Under the pieces are notes generated by a model, which did not search any database, had not been told where the DNA came from, and was given only the letters and a program-made list of their open reading frames with translations. A stretch of 64,000 nucleotides of DNA from the human T2T-CHM13v2.0 reference genome, Homo sapiens, in NCBI RefSeq assembly GCF_009914755.1, contig NC_060939.1; one strand, given 5' to 3'. Positions 27,076 to 41,487 of this stretch are shown here, one piece after another; the stretch's first letter is position 1; each line of letters begins with the position of its first letter. The translations under genes were made by a program, and so were the position numbers.

Positions 27076-27337
27076 TACTCAAATCTTCTTTCTACACTTA
27101 CTAGAAATCCTTGTTTATTCGGGAGGATCAAGATTCAACTTCAAAACTAATTGAACATTTTTCACTTTGAAGGTAAAACTGATTAGGTTACTTTCAGCTT
27201 AAAAGTGGAATGTGATAGAGACATGGAGGTCATGTATGGGTGGAAATGGTGGAGGGAGTTAGGCAGACACCATGAGAATCCAGGCAAAGCACGAAAACCT
27301 GAAAAGGAGCCCACAAAAGAGATAATAAAGGTTAGTT

Positions 27338-27460
27338 TTATTCATTCGTGTAATTAACATTTATTGAGCACCTACTACATTATAGGCACAGAGTTTAATG
27401 TCGAGGCTACAGTGGGGAACAAGATAATCTCCCTGTTTTGTCAGAGAGCTTATACTCTAC
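27338..27460 (-). mobile_element. L2 fragment
   Basis: ttcattc..aacatttattgagcacctacta..aggcac. Confidence 0.7.
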
Positions 27461-28119
27461 TGGGGCAAACAGGTATGGAGACAGAATGGTAAGGGCTGTG
27501 ATGCTGAATCCCCTGCTCCCCACTCTAGGATAGTCAGCCTGCCAACTTTCCACCAGCAATGCTTGTACTGGCAGACTGTAGAGCCCTTGGGAACAGGGCC
27601 ACAGCTGGCAGGGCTGGGAGGTAGCAGCATGGCATTATACAGGGCGGACATTAGATATTTTATTCTGTTATGACCCAGTCTTTGGAGAGAGGTTGCTGCC
27701 TTTTCCCAAGACACAAGTAGTGACCACAGAAGTTCACAATTGTAACATATACCAATCGCTGGAGAGTCACTGAGAGCAGCAGCTTCTGCCAGGAAAGCAG
27801 AAGCTAGGGAAGGATTCTCTAGGGAAGCCTAGCTTGCCCGTATGTCAGACCCAGCCTTTCCCTGAGTGCATCTTCTCTGGCCTTCCCTATGATTCCTCTC
27901 CAGCTCTCACATGGCCATGCCAGGATGGTCACTTGCCTGCATGCCTTCTGGGAGGTTAGGATCAACTGAGGGCAGTGGAGACTTCAAAGAAGCACAGTGC
28001 ACTTCTTCCCAGGATGGTGGATCACACAGAGCAGGGAGGAGAGATCAGACTATACTCTAAATATATTGAAGACCTTGCTGGTTTAAGAACAGAAAGGTAA
28101 AGAATCCCCTCATGCTTCC

Positions 28120-28930
28120 CTTCATTCACTGCACAAATATTTGATGAATGCTCATTATGTGTCTGGCATGGTGCTAGTTGCTGGAGGTACATTGGTGAGT
28201 TAAAATGTACTCACCAATGGTGAGAGTGGTGAGTCCTAGTCCCCACTCTCATTGAGTTTCAGATCAGTGAGGTAGAACTTAAGCAAATCAAGTCAGAAAT
28301 TAAATGTGACAACCATGACTGGTGTTATGTAAGAATCACACAGGATGCCATGAGAGGGGGATTTTACCTGGTCAGGAAGGGCATCCGTAAGGAAGTTGCT
28401 ATGGTTTGGTTCTGTCACCACTCAAATCTCATCTTGAATTGTAGCTCTTATAATCCCCACTTGTCATGGGAGGGGCCCAGTAGGAGGTAATTGAATCATG
28501 GGGGCGGGTTCTTCTCATGTTGTTCTCGTGATAGCGAATAAGTCTCATGAGATCTGATGGTTTTTTAAAGGGCAATTCCCCTGTACACGCTGTCTTGCCT
28601 CCCTTTAACCGTTCACCACGATTGTGAGGCCTCCCCAGCCACGTGAACTGTGAGTCAATTAAACTTCTTTTACTTTATAAATTACCCAGTCTCTGGTATG
28701 TCTTTATTAGCAGTGTGAAAATAGACTAATATAGAAGTGATCCATAAAATAAGGAGTTGAGCAAATGAAGAGAGGAGAAGGCAAGAGAAACAGTATACGC
28801 AAAGGCCCTTGGCAGGAGAAAGCACAGTGTACAAAAGGGAAATAATTCAGTGCCACTGCAGTAGAAAGTCAAGGACGAGGGAGAAGTGGTGCCAGGTAAG
28901 GCTGCAAAGATGAGGAAATTTACGGTGGGA
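28120..28930 (-). mobile_element. L2, split by THE1
   Basis: cacaaatatttgatgaatgctcattatgtgtctggcatggtgctag..; resumes after the LTR (gcaaaggccctt). Confidence 0.65.
28397..28733 (+). mobile_element. THE1 solo LTR
   Basis: tgctatggtttgg..caaatctcatcttgaattgtagctc...aatagactaatata; perfect 5-bp TSD gaagt. Confidence 0.92.
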
Positions 28931-30599
28931 ACTTGGGGATCTTGATGTCAAACTAAACTCAACTTCTGAACTCCCTGGTTTTATAAACATTGATTATTGT
29001 ATCTCATATTCCTTTAAAGCTTTTTAAGCTTTTTGAGATAATTGAAGATTCACATTTGTAAGAAATGATACAGAGAGAGCCCCTGTGCTATTTACCCAAT
29101 TTCCCCCAATGGTAGTGTCTTGTAAAACTATAGTACAGTGTCACAACCAGGGTACTGACTTTGACACGGTCAAGACACAGAATATTTTCTTCCCCACAGG
29201 GATCTCTCATGTTGCCCTTTTATTATCACAAGCCACTTCTTTCCTGCCCCTAACTCCTCCTTAACCCATTATTCTCCATTTCTATGATTTTATTATTTGA
29301 GAATGTATATAAATGGAATCAAATGGTATGTAACCTTCCAGCTTTTTTCACTCAGCCTGACTTTTCAGAGATTCATGTGGGCTATTGTTGTATCAACCAT
29401 TTGTTCCATTTTTATTGGTGAATAGTGTCCCCATGATATGGATTTGCCACAATTTGTTTAACCATTCATCCATCGAAGGACCTCTGGGCTGCTTCCCAGT
29501 TTGGGGCTACTGCAAATAAAACTTCTATAAACACTCATGTGCAGGTTTCTGTGAGAATGAATGTTAAGTCTTCATTTTTCTAGGATAAATCTCCAGCAGT
29601 GCAATTGCTGGCTCATACGGTGGTTGCATATTTAGTTTTATATGAAACCACCAAACTGTTTTCCAGAGTTTCTGCACAATTTTTCATTTCCATCAATTAT
29701 ATGAGTGATCCAGTTTCTTCACATCTTCTCCAATATTTGGTGTTATCAATATTATTTTAGCCATTCTGATAGGAATGTAGTGATAGCTCCTTGTAGTTTT
29801 GAATTCTATTTCCCTAATGGTTAATGACTGAACATCGTTTCATGTGATTGGTCGCCATCTGTATGTCTTATTTGGGGAGATATCTCTTTATGTTTTTCAT
29901 TCACGTTCTAATTAAATTGCTTCCTTTTTCACTTGAGTTTTGAGGGTTCTTTACATAGTCTAGATTCTAGTCCCTTATTGGATATGTGGTTTATACAAAT
30001 ATTGTCCCAATCTGTAGCTTATCTTCTCATCCTCTAAATAGGGTCTTTAACAGAGCAAAAGTTTAAATTAGTGATGAAGCCCAACTTATTAGTTTTTCCT
30101 TTCATGGATCACACTTAAGGTTTCAAGTTTCAAAACGTTTTGCCTAGCCCTAGATCCCAAAGATGTCATTCTTTTTTAAATGAAAGTTTTACTTTTAACT
30201 TTTGAGTCTGTGATACATTTTGAGTTAATTTTTGGAGAAGACATGAGACTTAGATTGAGGTTATGTTTGTTTATTTTCCATGAATGTACAATTGTTCTAG
30301 CACCATTTGTTGAATCATCTTTGCATCTTTGTAAAAATCATTTGGGCATATATGTGCAGGACTATTTGGGATTCCTTATTCACTTATGTTTATCTGTGTG
30401 TCTATTTATCTTTCCATCTTTGCCACATAGTCTTGATTAATGTAACTATATAATGTCTCAAAATCTAGTAGACTTATTCTTTCCACTTTATTATTTTTCC
30501 AAATTGTTTTAGCTATTGTAGTCCCTTTGCCTTTCTGCAAAAAATTTTCAAACAATCTTGTCTGCAACTACACAAAAATCTTGCTAAGATTTAGAACAA

Positions 30600-31119
30600 T
30601 TTTTAAACTAATATATATTTATGGGCTACCTGTAGTATTTTGCTACATGCATAGAATGTGTAATTATCAAATCAGGATATTTAGGATATTGATAACCCTA
30701 AGTATTTATCATTTCTATTTGTTGGAAACATTTCAAGTTGTTCCTTCTGGCTATTTTGAAATTTACAATACATTGTTGTTAACTATAATCACCTCACTCT
30801 GCTATTGAACATTAAAACCTATTCCTTCTATCTAACTGTATATTTGTATTCATTAATCTCTTCATTCCCCCAACCCCTCCCACAAGCATACTCTTTCCAG
30901 CCTCTGGTAACTATCATTGTATTCTACCTCAATGAGATCAAGTTTTTAATTTTCACTTATGAGCAAAAACTTGTGATATTTATCTTCCTGTGCCTGGCTT
31001 ATTTCACTTAACAAACTAACGTCCAGTTTCATCCATGTTGCTGCAAATGACAGGATTTTGTTCTTTTTATAGCAAACAGTATTCATTGTGTGTGCGTATA
31101 TATACGTGTATATATACAC

Positions 31120-31164
<45 letters not shown>

Positions 31165-33110
31165 GCATCTTCTTTTTCTATTCATTTGCTCATGGACACT
31201 TAGGTTGATTCCATACCTTTGCTACTGTGAATAGTGCTACAATAAACATGGGGCTCCAGGTACATGTTTGATGTATGGATTTTTGTTTGTTTTTTGATAA
31301 ATACTCAATAGTGGGATTGCTGGATCATACAGTAGTTCTACTTTTTGATTTTTGCGAAATCTCCATGCTGTTTTCCATAATGACTATATGAATTTACATC
31401 ATCCCCCAACAGTGTATAACCATTCCCTTTTCTCCACATCCTTGCCAACATCTGTTATTTTGTGTCTTTTTTATAATAACCCATTCTAACAGGGTAAGGT
31501 GATATCTCATTGTGGTTTTGATTTCCATTTCTCTTGATGATTAGTGATGGTGAGCATTTTTTCATATACCTGTTGGCCATTTGTATGTCTTCTTTTGAGA
31601 AATGTCTACTCATGTCCTTTGCCCACTTTTTAATGGGATTATTTTTTTGCTGTTGAGTTCCTCATATATCTAGATATTAGTCCCTTGTTCATTGAATAGT
31701 TTGCAAATATTTCCCCCATTCGATAAATTGTCTCTTCACTCTGTTGATTGCTTCCTTTACCGTGCAGAAGCTTTTTAGTTTAATATAGTCCAATTTGTCT
31801 TATTGTGTTATTGTTGCCTGTACTCTTGAGGTCTTAGCCATAAAATCTTTGCTAAAACCAATGTCCTGGAGTGTTTCACTTATGTTTTCTTCTAGTAGTT
31901 TTATATGTTTGACTCTTACATTTAAGTTCTTAATCCATTTGCGGTCAATTTTTGTAAATGGTGAGAGATAGGAGAATAATTTCATTCCTCTACACATGTA
32001 TGTCTAGTTTTCCTGGCACCATTTAGTGAAAGGGGTGTTCTTTTCCCACTGTATGTTCTTGGCACCTTCTTCAAAAATCAGTTGGCTGTAAATACATGAA
32101 TTTATTTCTGAGTTCTCTGTTCTCTACCATTGGTCTATGTGTCTATTTGTATACTAATGCCATACTGTTTTGGTTACTATAACCTTGTAATATATTCTGA
32201 AGTCATGCAGTGTGATGCCTCCTGGTTTGTTCTTTTTGTTCAGTATTGTCTTGGTTATTTGGATTCTCTTTTTTTTGTTTGGTGGTTTTCTGTCATTGTA
32301 ACATTTGAGTACTTTCTCTTCTTCATTTGTATGTTTGCTCCACCAGTGAGTTTTACACATCATGTGTTTTCACGAGGGTAGATATTGTCCTTTCACTTCC
32401 AGGTATAGGACTCCCTTAAGCATTTCTTCTAGGGTTGGCCTACTGGTAATGAATTCCCTCAGCTTTTGCTTGTCTGGGAAGGAATTTATTTCTCCTTCAT
32501 TGATGAAGGATAACTTTTTTGGCTATAGTGTTCTTGTCAAACAGTTGTTGTCTTTCAGCACTCTGAATATGTCATACAATTCTCACCAGGCTGGTAAGGT
32601 TTCTGCTGAGAAATCTTCTGCTTGTCTGATGAATGTTCCCTCATATGTGAATAGATGCTGGTCTCTTCCTATTTTCAGGATTCTTTGTCTTTAACTTTTG
32701 ACAATTTGACTATCATGTGCCATGGAGAAAACTTCTTAGGGTTGTATCTATTTGAGAGTTTGAGCTTCCTGTATCTGGATGTCTAAATCTCTTGCCAGAC
32801 TTGGGAAGTTTTCAGCTGTTATTTCATTGAATAGACTTTCTAAGCCTTTGGCTTTCTCTTAATCTTCTGAAACACCCAAAGTTTGAATATTTGGTTGCTT
32901 GTGTCCCACCACACGGGTTATTTCTAAAGACCTGTCTTTAAGTTCTAAAATTCTTTCTTCTCCTTTAGCTCATCTATTGTTGAAATTCTCAAATGTATTT
33001 CTTATCTTATTCATTGAATTTTTCAGTTCCAGCATTTGTTTCTTTTGTTTTGTTTTGTTCTGTTTTGTTTCTTTATTATGATAGCTATCTTTTGGGTCAA
33101 TTTCTCCTTA
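30600..33110 (-). mobile_element. L1MA-like element nested in L1MC; contains a (TA)n tract at ~31090-31165
   Basis: tacatgcatagaatgtgtaat 3'UTR; ORFs 31800..31997 and 32154..32363 are L1 ORF2 ([12 protein letters not shown]). Confidence 0.8.
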
Positions 33111-35237
33111 ATATCTTATTGTATACTAAGACACTAATATCTAATTGTATTCTAAGATATATTGATATCTTTAGTATACTAAGTATTATAATCTGTATTT
33201 GGACATTATTTGATTTCTTTCATCTGTGTGTATAGTTTTGTCATAAAAGTCTTGTACATGTTTTGGTATATTTACACATAAATATTTCATCTTTTTGTGA
33301 TTTTAAATGGTATTGTATTTTTAGCTTTAGTTTTCACATGTTCATTGCTAGCATATCAAATTTCAAGTGATTTTGTATGCATGTCTTGTATCTGGTGACC
33401 TTGCTGAAATCTTTTTACTTTTAGAAGATTTTTGTAGATTTTTTGAAATTTTTGATGTAGATAATCATGTCATCTACAAAGAAGGATGGTTTTTACTCCT
33501 TTCATAATTGGTATGCCTTGTGTTTTTTTTTCTTGCTTAATTGCACTGGCTAGAATTGTAAATACTATATTGAATAAGATTCATGAGAGCAGATAATCTT
33601 GTCTTATTCCCAGTCTTAGGGAGAAAGCATATATTCTTTCACTATTAAGTATAACGTTTGCTTTAGGCTTTGTAAAAACTTTTTATCGATTCAGGAAGTA
33701 CTCTGGTTCCTATTTTTTCTGAGAGTTTTTGTCATATGAGTGTGAAATTTTGTCAAATAATTTTTCTTTATTCATTGATATAATCATGTGATTGTTATTC
33801 ATTAGCATATTAATATGGTGGATTACATTGACTGATTTTCAAATATTAAACCAGTTGGAACATTATTGAATATACTGCTTAATATCGCTAACATTTTATT
33901 AATGATTTTTGGGTCTATATTCATAAGGAACATTTGTCTGTAGTTTTGGGGGTTCTTTTGGATTTTGTTTGTTGTAGTTTTGTATGTGGGAGTTCTTTGT
34001 TGATTGATTGTACTTTGTATGATTTTGATATCAGGGCAACATTAGCTTTATAATGTGTATTAACAAATGTCTCCTCTTGTATTTTCTGGAAGAGATTATA
34101 TCAAATTGTTGTTAATTCTTCTGTAAACATTTGATAGAAATATTCAGTAAAGTTATCTGGGCCAGGAGATTTAGGTTGGGAGGTGCTTAAATTCATAATT
34201 CAATTTCCTTAGTAGTTACAGGATGATTCAAATTACTTAATATTGGATGAGTTGTGATAGTTTGTGTTTTTTAAAAGAATTGGTGATCCATTTCATCTAA
34301 GTTGTCAAATTTACATATACAGAGTTGTTTGTAATAATTCCTTATACTTTTGATATCTGCAGATTCTGCAGCAATATGTCCTAATTTCTGATATTGGTGA
34401 TCAGAAAATTCTAATATTTTCTTTTTATCTTTATCAGTCTTTGAGATCTGACAATTTAATGATCAAAGCAGCTTTTTCTTTCCATTTTTCTGCTTTCAAT
34501 TTTATTAATTTCTACTCCTATTATGTTTGCTATTATGCTTATTCTTTATTATTTCTTTATGATTCTTTATTCTTTACTCTTCCTAAGTTGTTGAGGTTGG
34601 AGTCTAAGTTGTTGATTTGAAATGTTTCCTCTTTTCTAGTGTAGGCAATTAGTGCTATAAATTTACCTTTCAGCATGCTTTATCAGTATCTCACAAATTT
34701 TGATATTTTATATTTTAATTTTTCTTCCATCTAGTGTAAATTTTATTTCCCTAGAGACGTCCTTTTTGTTTCATGGGTTCTTTAGATATATTCTTTATTA
34801 TCATTTGTTTGGATATTTTCCTATCTTTCTGTTTATTGGTTTCCAGTTTGATTGCATTGTGATCAAAGAACACACTTTGTGTGATTTTGTGTCTCCTTAA
34901 TTTGTTGAGGTTTTATAACCCAGGATATCTTCCAACTTGGAACAAGTTCTGTGAGTGCTTTAAAAAGAATGTGTTGAGTTTTTCATCAGTTTTTGTTTTG
35001 CATATTTCAAAGCTCTGTTGGTTGGTGCATACACATTTACAGTTACTATGTCTTCCTAGTGACTTGACTTTTTACCATTCTGTAAGGTTCCTCTCTTCTC
35101 TGGTAATTTTATTTTCTCTGAAGTCTACTTTATCTGATATGAATATAGCCATTTCTTTTTTTCTTTGACTTCTTACATGACATATCATTTTTAATCTTTT
35201 TTACTTTCAATTTGCCTATGTCATTATATTTGAAATA

Positions 35238-36936
35238 ACCACGTCTTTCCCCCAACATTAGGGATTACAATGTAACATGAGATTTGGATGGGGACACAGA
35301 GCCAAACCGTATCATTACTCCCCTGGCCCCTCCCAAATCTCATGTCCTTCTCACATTTCAAAACACAATCATGCCTTCCCAACAGTCCCCCAAACTCTTA
35401 ACTCAAAAGTCCAAGTCCAAAGTCTTATCAAGACAAGGCAAGCCCCTTCTACCTATGAACATGTAAAATAAAAAACAAGTTAGTTACTTCCAAGATACAG
35501 TGAGGGTACAGGCATTGGATAAATGTTCCCACTCCAAAAATGGGGCTACAGCCACCATGTAAGTCCAAAACCCAGCAGGGAAGTCACTAAATCTTAAAAC
35601 CACAAAATAATTTCCTTTGACTTCATGTCGTCTCACATCCAGGTCACACTGATGCAAGGGGTAGGCCTCCAAGGCCTTGGGAAGCTCCAACCCATGGCTC
35701 TATACAAGGTACAGCCCCTGAAGCTGCTTTCAAGGACTGGCATTGAATGCCTACAGCTTTTCCAGGTGTGTGGTGCAAGCTGTCAGTATCTCTACTAATC
35801 TGGGGTCTGGAGCATGGTGGCCCTCTTCTCAAAGCTCCACTAGGCAGTGCCCCAGTAGAGGTTATCCATGAGGACTCCACCCCTGCATCAGACTTCTGCT
35901 TTGACTTCCAGGTGTTTCCATACATTCCTTGAAATGTAGGCAGAGGCTTCTAAACCTCAACTCTTGCCCTCTGTGCACCTGCAGGCTTAGCACCATGTTG
36001 AAGCCACCAAGGTTTGGGGCTTGCACTTTCTGAAGCAATGGCCCAAGCTCTACCTTGACCCCTTTTAGTCACAGCTGGAGCTGGAGCGGCCATGATGCAA
36101 GATGCCAAGTCCCGAGGCTGCACAAAGCAACTGGGGCCTGGCTGCTTCTAATAGCATACACTCATATGCATGAAGAGATTATCTGAAACTGGCACTTAAA
36201 TTTTAAAGGGAAGCAGAGCATAAAAGTTTGAAAAATTTAAAGCCTTCCTATGTAGTTGAAAAGAAAACTCCATTTTCTGGGGGAGAAATTAATGCCTGCT
36301 GCAGAAATTTGCATAAGAGGAGCCAAATGTTAATAGCCAAGACAACGGGAAAAATGCCTCCAAGTCATTTCAGAGATCTTTGCAGCAGCCTCTCCCATCA
36401 TAGGCCTGGGTCTAAAAGGGAAAAAATGTGTTTTTTTTGTATAGCCAAGCCTCATCTTGAATGCTTTGCTGCTTAGAAATTTCTTCCACTAGATACCCTA
36501 AATCATCTCTCTCAAGTTCAAAGTTCCACAGATCTCTAGAGTGAGGCGCAATGCCACCAATCTCTTTCTTTGCTCAAGTATAGTGGGAGTGATCTTTATT
36601 CCTTTTCCCAAAAAGCTCCTCATCTCCACCTGAGACCTCCTTAGCCTGGACTTCACTGTCCATATCGCTATAGCATTTTGGAGACAACCTTTCAACAAGT
36701 CTCTAGGAAGTTTCAAACTTTCCCTCATCCTTCTGTCTTCTTCTGAGCCTGCCGAACTGTTCCAACCTCTGCCTGTTACCCAGTTCCAAAGCTGCTTCCA
36801 CATTTTCAGGTAACTTTATAGCAATGGCCCACTTCTCTGGTACCAAATTTTGTATTAGTTCATTCTCACACTGCTATAAAGAACTACCTGAAAAACTGGG
36901 TAATTTATAAAGAAAAGAGGTTTAATTAGCTTATGG
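35238..36936 (-). mobile_element. MST/THE1 MaLR internal sequence with truncated LTRs and an internal inversion
   Basis: LTR end ..gagccaaaccgtatca (35313), MaLR-int 35314-36850 (ORF 36498..36803 WNWVTGRGWNS..EEDRRMRESL), LTR start tgtattagttcattctc (36851). Confidence 0.88.
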
Positions 36937-38224
36937 GCCTTCCTTCTCTGATCCTTCCTAGGCTTCCATAACCTAAATGTTTGATCTTTTGTGACAATAT
37001 CCACAGGTCTAAGGGGCTCTGTTTGTTTTCTCAATTGCTTTTTTCTCTATGGGTTACATTAGATAGTTTTGATTGTTCTATCTTCCAGTTCACCGATTCC
37101 TCTTTGTCCTCTGTTCTGCCATTGATCTCATCCACGGATATGGTTACTTTAGCTTTTGCACTTTTCATTGCTATAATTTTCAGTAGTTTTTTTATATCTT
37201 CTATTTATTTGCCAAGTCTCTTTTTTTTTTTTTTTAACCTAAAGATGTTTATAATTGCTCATTGAAATCATGGCTGCTTAGAAATCTTCATTAGAAAAAA
37301 AATGTTGTTAGATATTTCTAACGTCTTTGTCATCTCAATGTTAGCATTTATTGATTGCTCTTTTTCATTTGGTTCAAGATACTTCTAATTATTGACATAA
37401 AAAGCAATTTTTATTGAAACCTGGGTATTTCACATTATGTTCTGAAATGATTTTATTTAAATTTTCTGCTTTATATGGCTCTCTTTGACACCACTCTGTC
37501 AAGGGAAGGGTTACTGCCACCTTGTTACTGCTAGGTAGGAGTAGAAGTCCAGGTTCTCCACTTTGTCTCCATGACACTCAAGGCAGAGAGGGCTCCTCAC
37601 TACTGACAAGTGGAAATAGAAGTTCTGTCTCTCCCCAGGGTCTTCACTGACATTGTGTTGGGTGAGAGCTCATTTCCAGTGAGAATGAAGGTCCTGGCTT
37701 GCTATTCGGCCTTTTCTGTTGCCACCATGGTGAGGCTGTTGGGCAATCTAATTACAGCCTCATGAGAGTGAAAGTCTAAGCTCCCCATCCAGACTTTGCT
37801 GGAGTGGTTAAAAGTAAAGCCATTGTTTTTGCTTGGTGTTTGGGTGGGGTAGAGTGTTTGTTGCCCAAAACATTTTTGTCTTGCTAGGTCGCCCTGTTTC
37901 TGGTCCTTTGGTTAAAAACAGAAACCTTTTCTTGGAACTATTTTATCTGTGCCTAATGGTGCCCCCAGGTTACCAGCTTTTTCAGTTACAATTAAAGGAC
38001 ATATAAGGCAAAAAGAACATCCAATAAACTCACCACCATGTCATTCCTCGGGTGCCAAAGCCACTTTTCAGAGTCATCTTATGCTTGTTTTATATATAAC
38101 ATCCAAGGTACTTAATACATTTATGGCAGAAGAAGAAAAGTACATCTACTCCATCTCCTCCTGTATCATGTATCATTGGAAAATCCTTGAAAATGAGACC
38201 TGAGGAGATTTTGACATTTATATG

Positions 38225-38350
38225 AACTCACTTTGTTTTACGTAAGTAGGAAGCTAGAGAGAGGTTGAAAGTTTATCCAAATTACACAGCTGGTCACTGC
38301 TGGATTTGTTGCTAGAAGCCAGGTGACCTGATGTTTAGCCAGAATTCTGT
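38225..38350 (-). mobile_element. MIR
   Basis: gagaggttgaaagtttatccaaattacacagctggt. Confidence 0.55.
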
Positions 38351-41300
38351 TATCTTTAAGTCCCACCCTGAGATAGCTCTTCACCACTAGACATGTTTGT
38401 GATATGACCAAAACCTCTATGCTGACCTCAGCAACTCTAATGAAGTCAGACTAAGGTGATTTGACTTCGTGGTACCAAGCTCTAAGCATCCAAGCCAAGC
38501 AAAAGCCTGTCTACACTCAGCCTTAGGTGTTCCTGGGGAGAGTCTTAGGTTGGAAGACCCCTGGAGGGGAGAAAAAGGAATCAATGATTATTTTTTTCAG
38601 AACAAGAGAAAAATCACTTCAATGTGCCCTGTGTCTCCACCAGTTCTAAGGGTCTACCAGTTGGTGATTACTTTAATGGTCATAGATGCCAAAGGCAGAA
38701 AATTCAACAGATCCTTCTGGCCTTGTAGAGATATTAGGCAAACTTTTTTCGTTAAATTTCTATTCTCTGCTTTGGTCAGAGTTTTCAATATTCCAGTGAA
38801 ACCATCTTAGCTATTTTCAGACAGACAAACCACAAGCCCAAAACCACAGAAGATGTGGGAAATGTTACAAGGGTGTGTCTCTTAATAGCCCTTCCTAAAA
38901 TTAGCAAGGGCTCTTGTTGGAGTGACCATTTAAAATTATTTCTGCATTAATCCAAACAAAATGGCAATGTCGAAACTTTTAAAAATGCAAAGTTGCTGTC
39001 CCCCAAAGTAGGAGTTTCAGAGGACCAAAGCAAAAATACAAAGATTAGTTGTTCTTTCTGTACTTTACAGTTATTCTGACTCAAGGAATCATAGAGTTGT
39101 AAGGGTCAGGGGAGTCTTTGAATCCCCAACCTAGAGGTGAGGAAGGTGCAGGAGCACACACCGTTATGGCATCTGCAATGACTCTTCCCAATTACAGTGA
39201 GGTGTTAATTTCTTTTTGCCCTTCCTGTACCTCCCTTAGTCCAGCAGATAATAAGCCAATGCCCACAGCTCTTAGTCCAGCAGATAACCAGCCACAGCTT
39301 TGGGCAGAGCAAAGGTATAGCCCTTCTGCAGTGGTTCCTGGCAATTTTTCCCTAGGGATTGGAGAGTGATTCAGAAATAGCAGTGTCTTGACCTGAAACA
39401 TAAAAAAACAGATTTCCATGAAACTGGTCCAGGACCAGTGGTGGGGGTGGTCAGGATATGAGGAACAGAAACCCCTTTGTTCTCTAAACACCAGGCAAGA
39501 GAAAGGGTGACTGAGGGTTTTTCTGGGCACAAAGGGTCCCAGGCACCTCAGAAAAGTCCCAGTGTTCCAAGCATGGCTTGGAATAACAGAAGCTCTGGAC
39601 TGGAAGGTGCTTTGTACACCTGGATGACAAATCATTCCCTTATCCTCTGATTCCAGAGACCTGGTGCTATTTTGGAAGGGGTAGTCCTACAAAGGATGGT
39701 TGGATGAGGGATTAGCATAGAAATTGCTATTTTAGAAAAGGCAGTGGTGTTTGTTACTTCTCCCCTGGGTTTGTGGCCTGTAATTTATACCACAGAGGAT
39801 ATCACAGCATACTCCCATTAATCCTGACAGCATCCTGTGATGAGAAAAGTCAGATTCACAGAAGTTACATGATTCCCCTGAGGTCCCATGATCAGTCTGC
39901 AGAAGAATGGGATCTGCAACAAAATCAGACTCAAACCTACACGTTTTGCTCCACTCAAGTACCTTACTAAGGGGTAGTTAGTTTTTGCCAAGTTTAATCA
40001 TTAGTTCTTGGAGAGCTCCATGGATGCAGAGACATGTCCAAGGGACAGGGGCAAAGAAACTCACTAGGTTTTTCCCTTTGCTCCTTTAAGAAATAGCTGC
40101 TTCTCCCAAGCCCCTGCTCCTTTGTACTGGATGAGAAGAGGAATGGTGTCTCTTTAACAATCTGCTCATTGCCTCAGCTCATTTCAACTCATATGCATTT
40201 GCATGTGAAAATTACCTTCCTCAGCTCCCAAATTGAGGTTTGCATGTGCAAGGAGAGAGGCTCCTTTCTTTGAAGCTTGAGAAGACATTGGTATAAAAAA
40301 TAATTATTATTTCCATTCTGATGCTCACCCTCTGGCCTCTTGTACCTCACACATCAGAGCGTGCCGACAAGAAACCACACACCCCGACAAACATTTGTTT
40401 TATTTTAAGTGTGGGGTCTAAGAGAGAAGCAGGTATTGCTTACCTCGAATTTAGTCTGACAAAACCTATACCCTACAACTGAATTTCTCATGTTTTCTTG
40501 TTTTGTGTCACTTTCTGATATCAGCGGTAATTTGATTTCATTTTTACAGAACCATTTTACCAAGAGGTGGTAGGATTCATCTTTTTTCTATAGATTGAAA
40601 TAAAAATAAGGCACGAGGTACAGGAAGAACTTGGCTAAAGTCACTAACACCATAATCTGCTGACTGATGCAGGTGCAGAAGGCTGCTTCCTCCAGGTGCC
40701 AGAACATTCATTCAGAAGCCACTCTGGACCCCACAAGCTCCTGAGAGGTCCCAGCCTCTGCCTTCCCAACAGCGGGACCACAGACCCTACCATTTGGCCG
40801 AACAGCATCCTGAAGCGTTGTTTTCCTCCCTAGTAACTAGCCAGCTACTGGCATCCTCCTTTCCAAGACCTGGCTCTCACAACCTGGCTCTCTTGACCCA
40901 CAAATTGCTCTGGATTTCACCCAGGCAAACAGAAAGGCAGGGACTAATTTGTTAGCACCACCTGCCTATGGTGATGAATCAATCACATTAACAGGCCCTC
41001 ACTTTTGGATTTACAAAAATGGCTTTTAACCACGGTACTCATTTTCAGATTTAATTCTAACAACAGTCACTGGGTAGACACAGCTATCCTCATTGGAAAT
41101 ATGGAAAACCAAGGCTCAAAGAGTAATTTTTTCAAGATTCACAGCCAGTAAGGTGTAAAGACATAATCTTGGCAAACTCCCCTGAGGATAATGCAACTAG
41201 GGGAAGCAAGGAGTGTTCATACATTCACCCCACACACCATGCCTTCCCAAAGCAGGTCCAGAGGGTATTGAAGGCCCCATCCCTCCTCCCTTTCTGCCCA

Positions 41301-41487
41301 AGTCTCTGAAAATCATGAGGTACCAAAGAAAGGAGAATGAGCAGCTCTAGAGAAGGAGATAGCACCGAGGCTAAACAAGGGATCATCTGTTTATCACATC
41401 ACATGTGGCTTCATCGCTTTTCTACCTTCTTTAAACTCCTTCTTTTGACTGGAGAGGCTGGGAGCCACAGCCCAGAGGGCTCTTTGC

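Larger units (their letters stand above)
29020..38160 (-). mobile_element. Long L1MC-like element hosting nested L1MA and MST insertions
   Basis: 3'UTR at 29020 (gtaagaaatgatacagagaga), ORF2 remnants at 29500-30590 and 33200-35235, 5'/ORF1 region at 36940-38160. Confidence 0.75.

Noticed and set aside
36498-36803. 101-aa ORF
   Set aside because: Remnant of the MaLR internal ORF.
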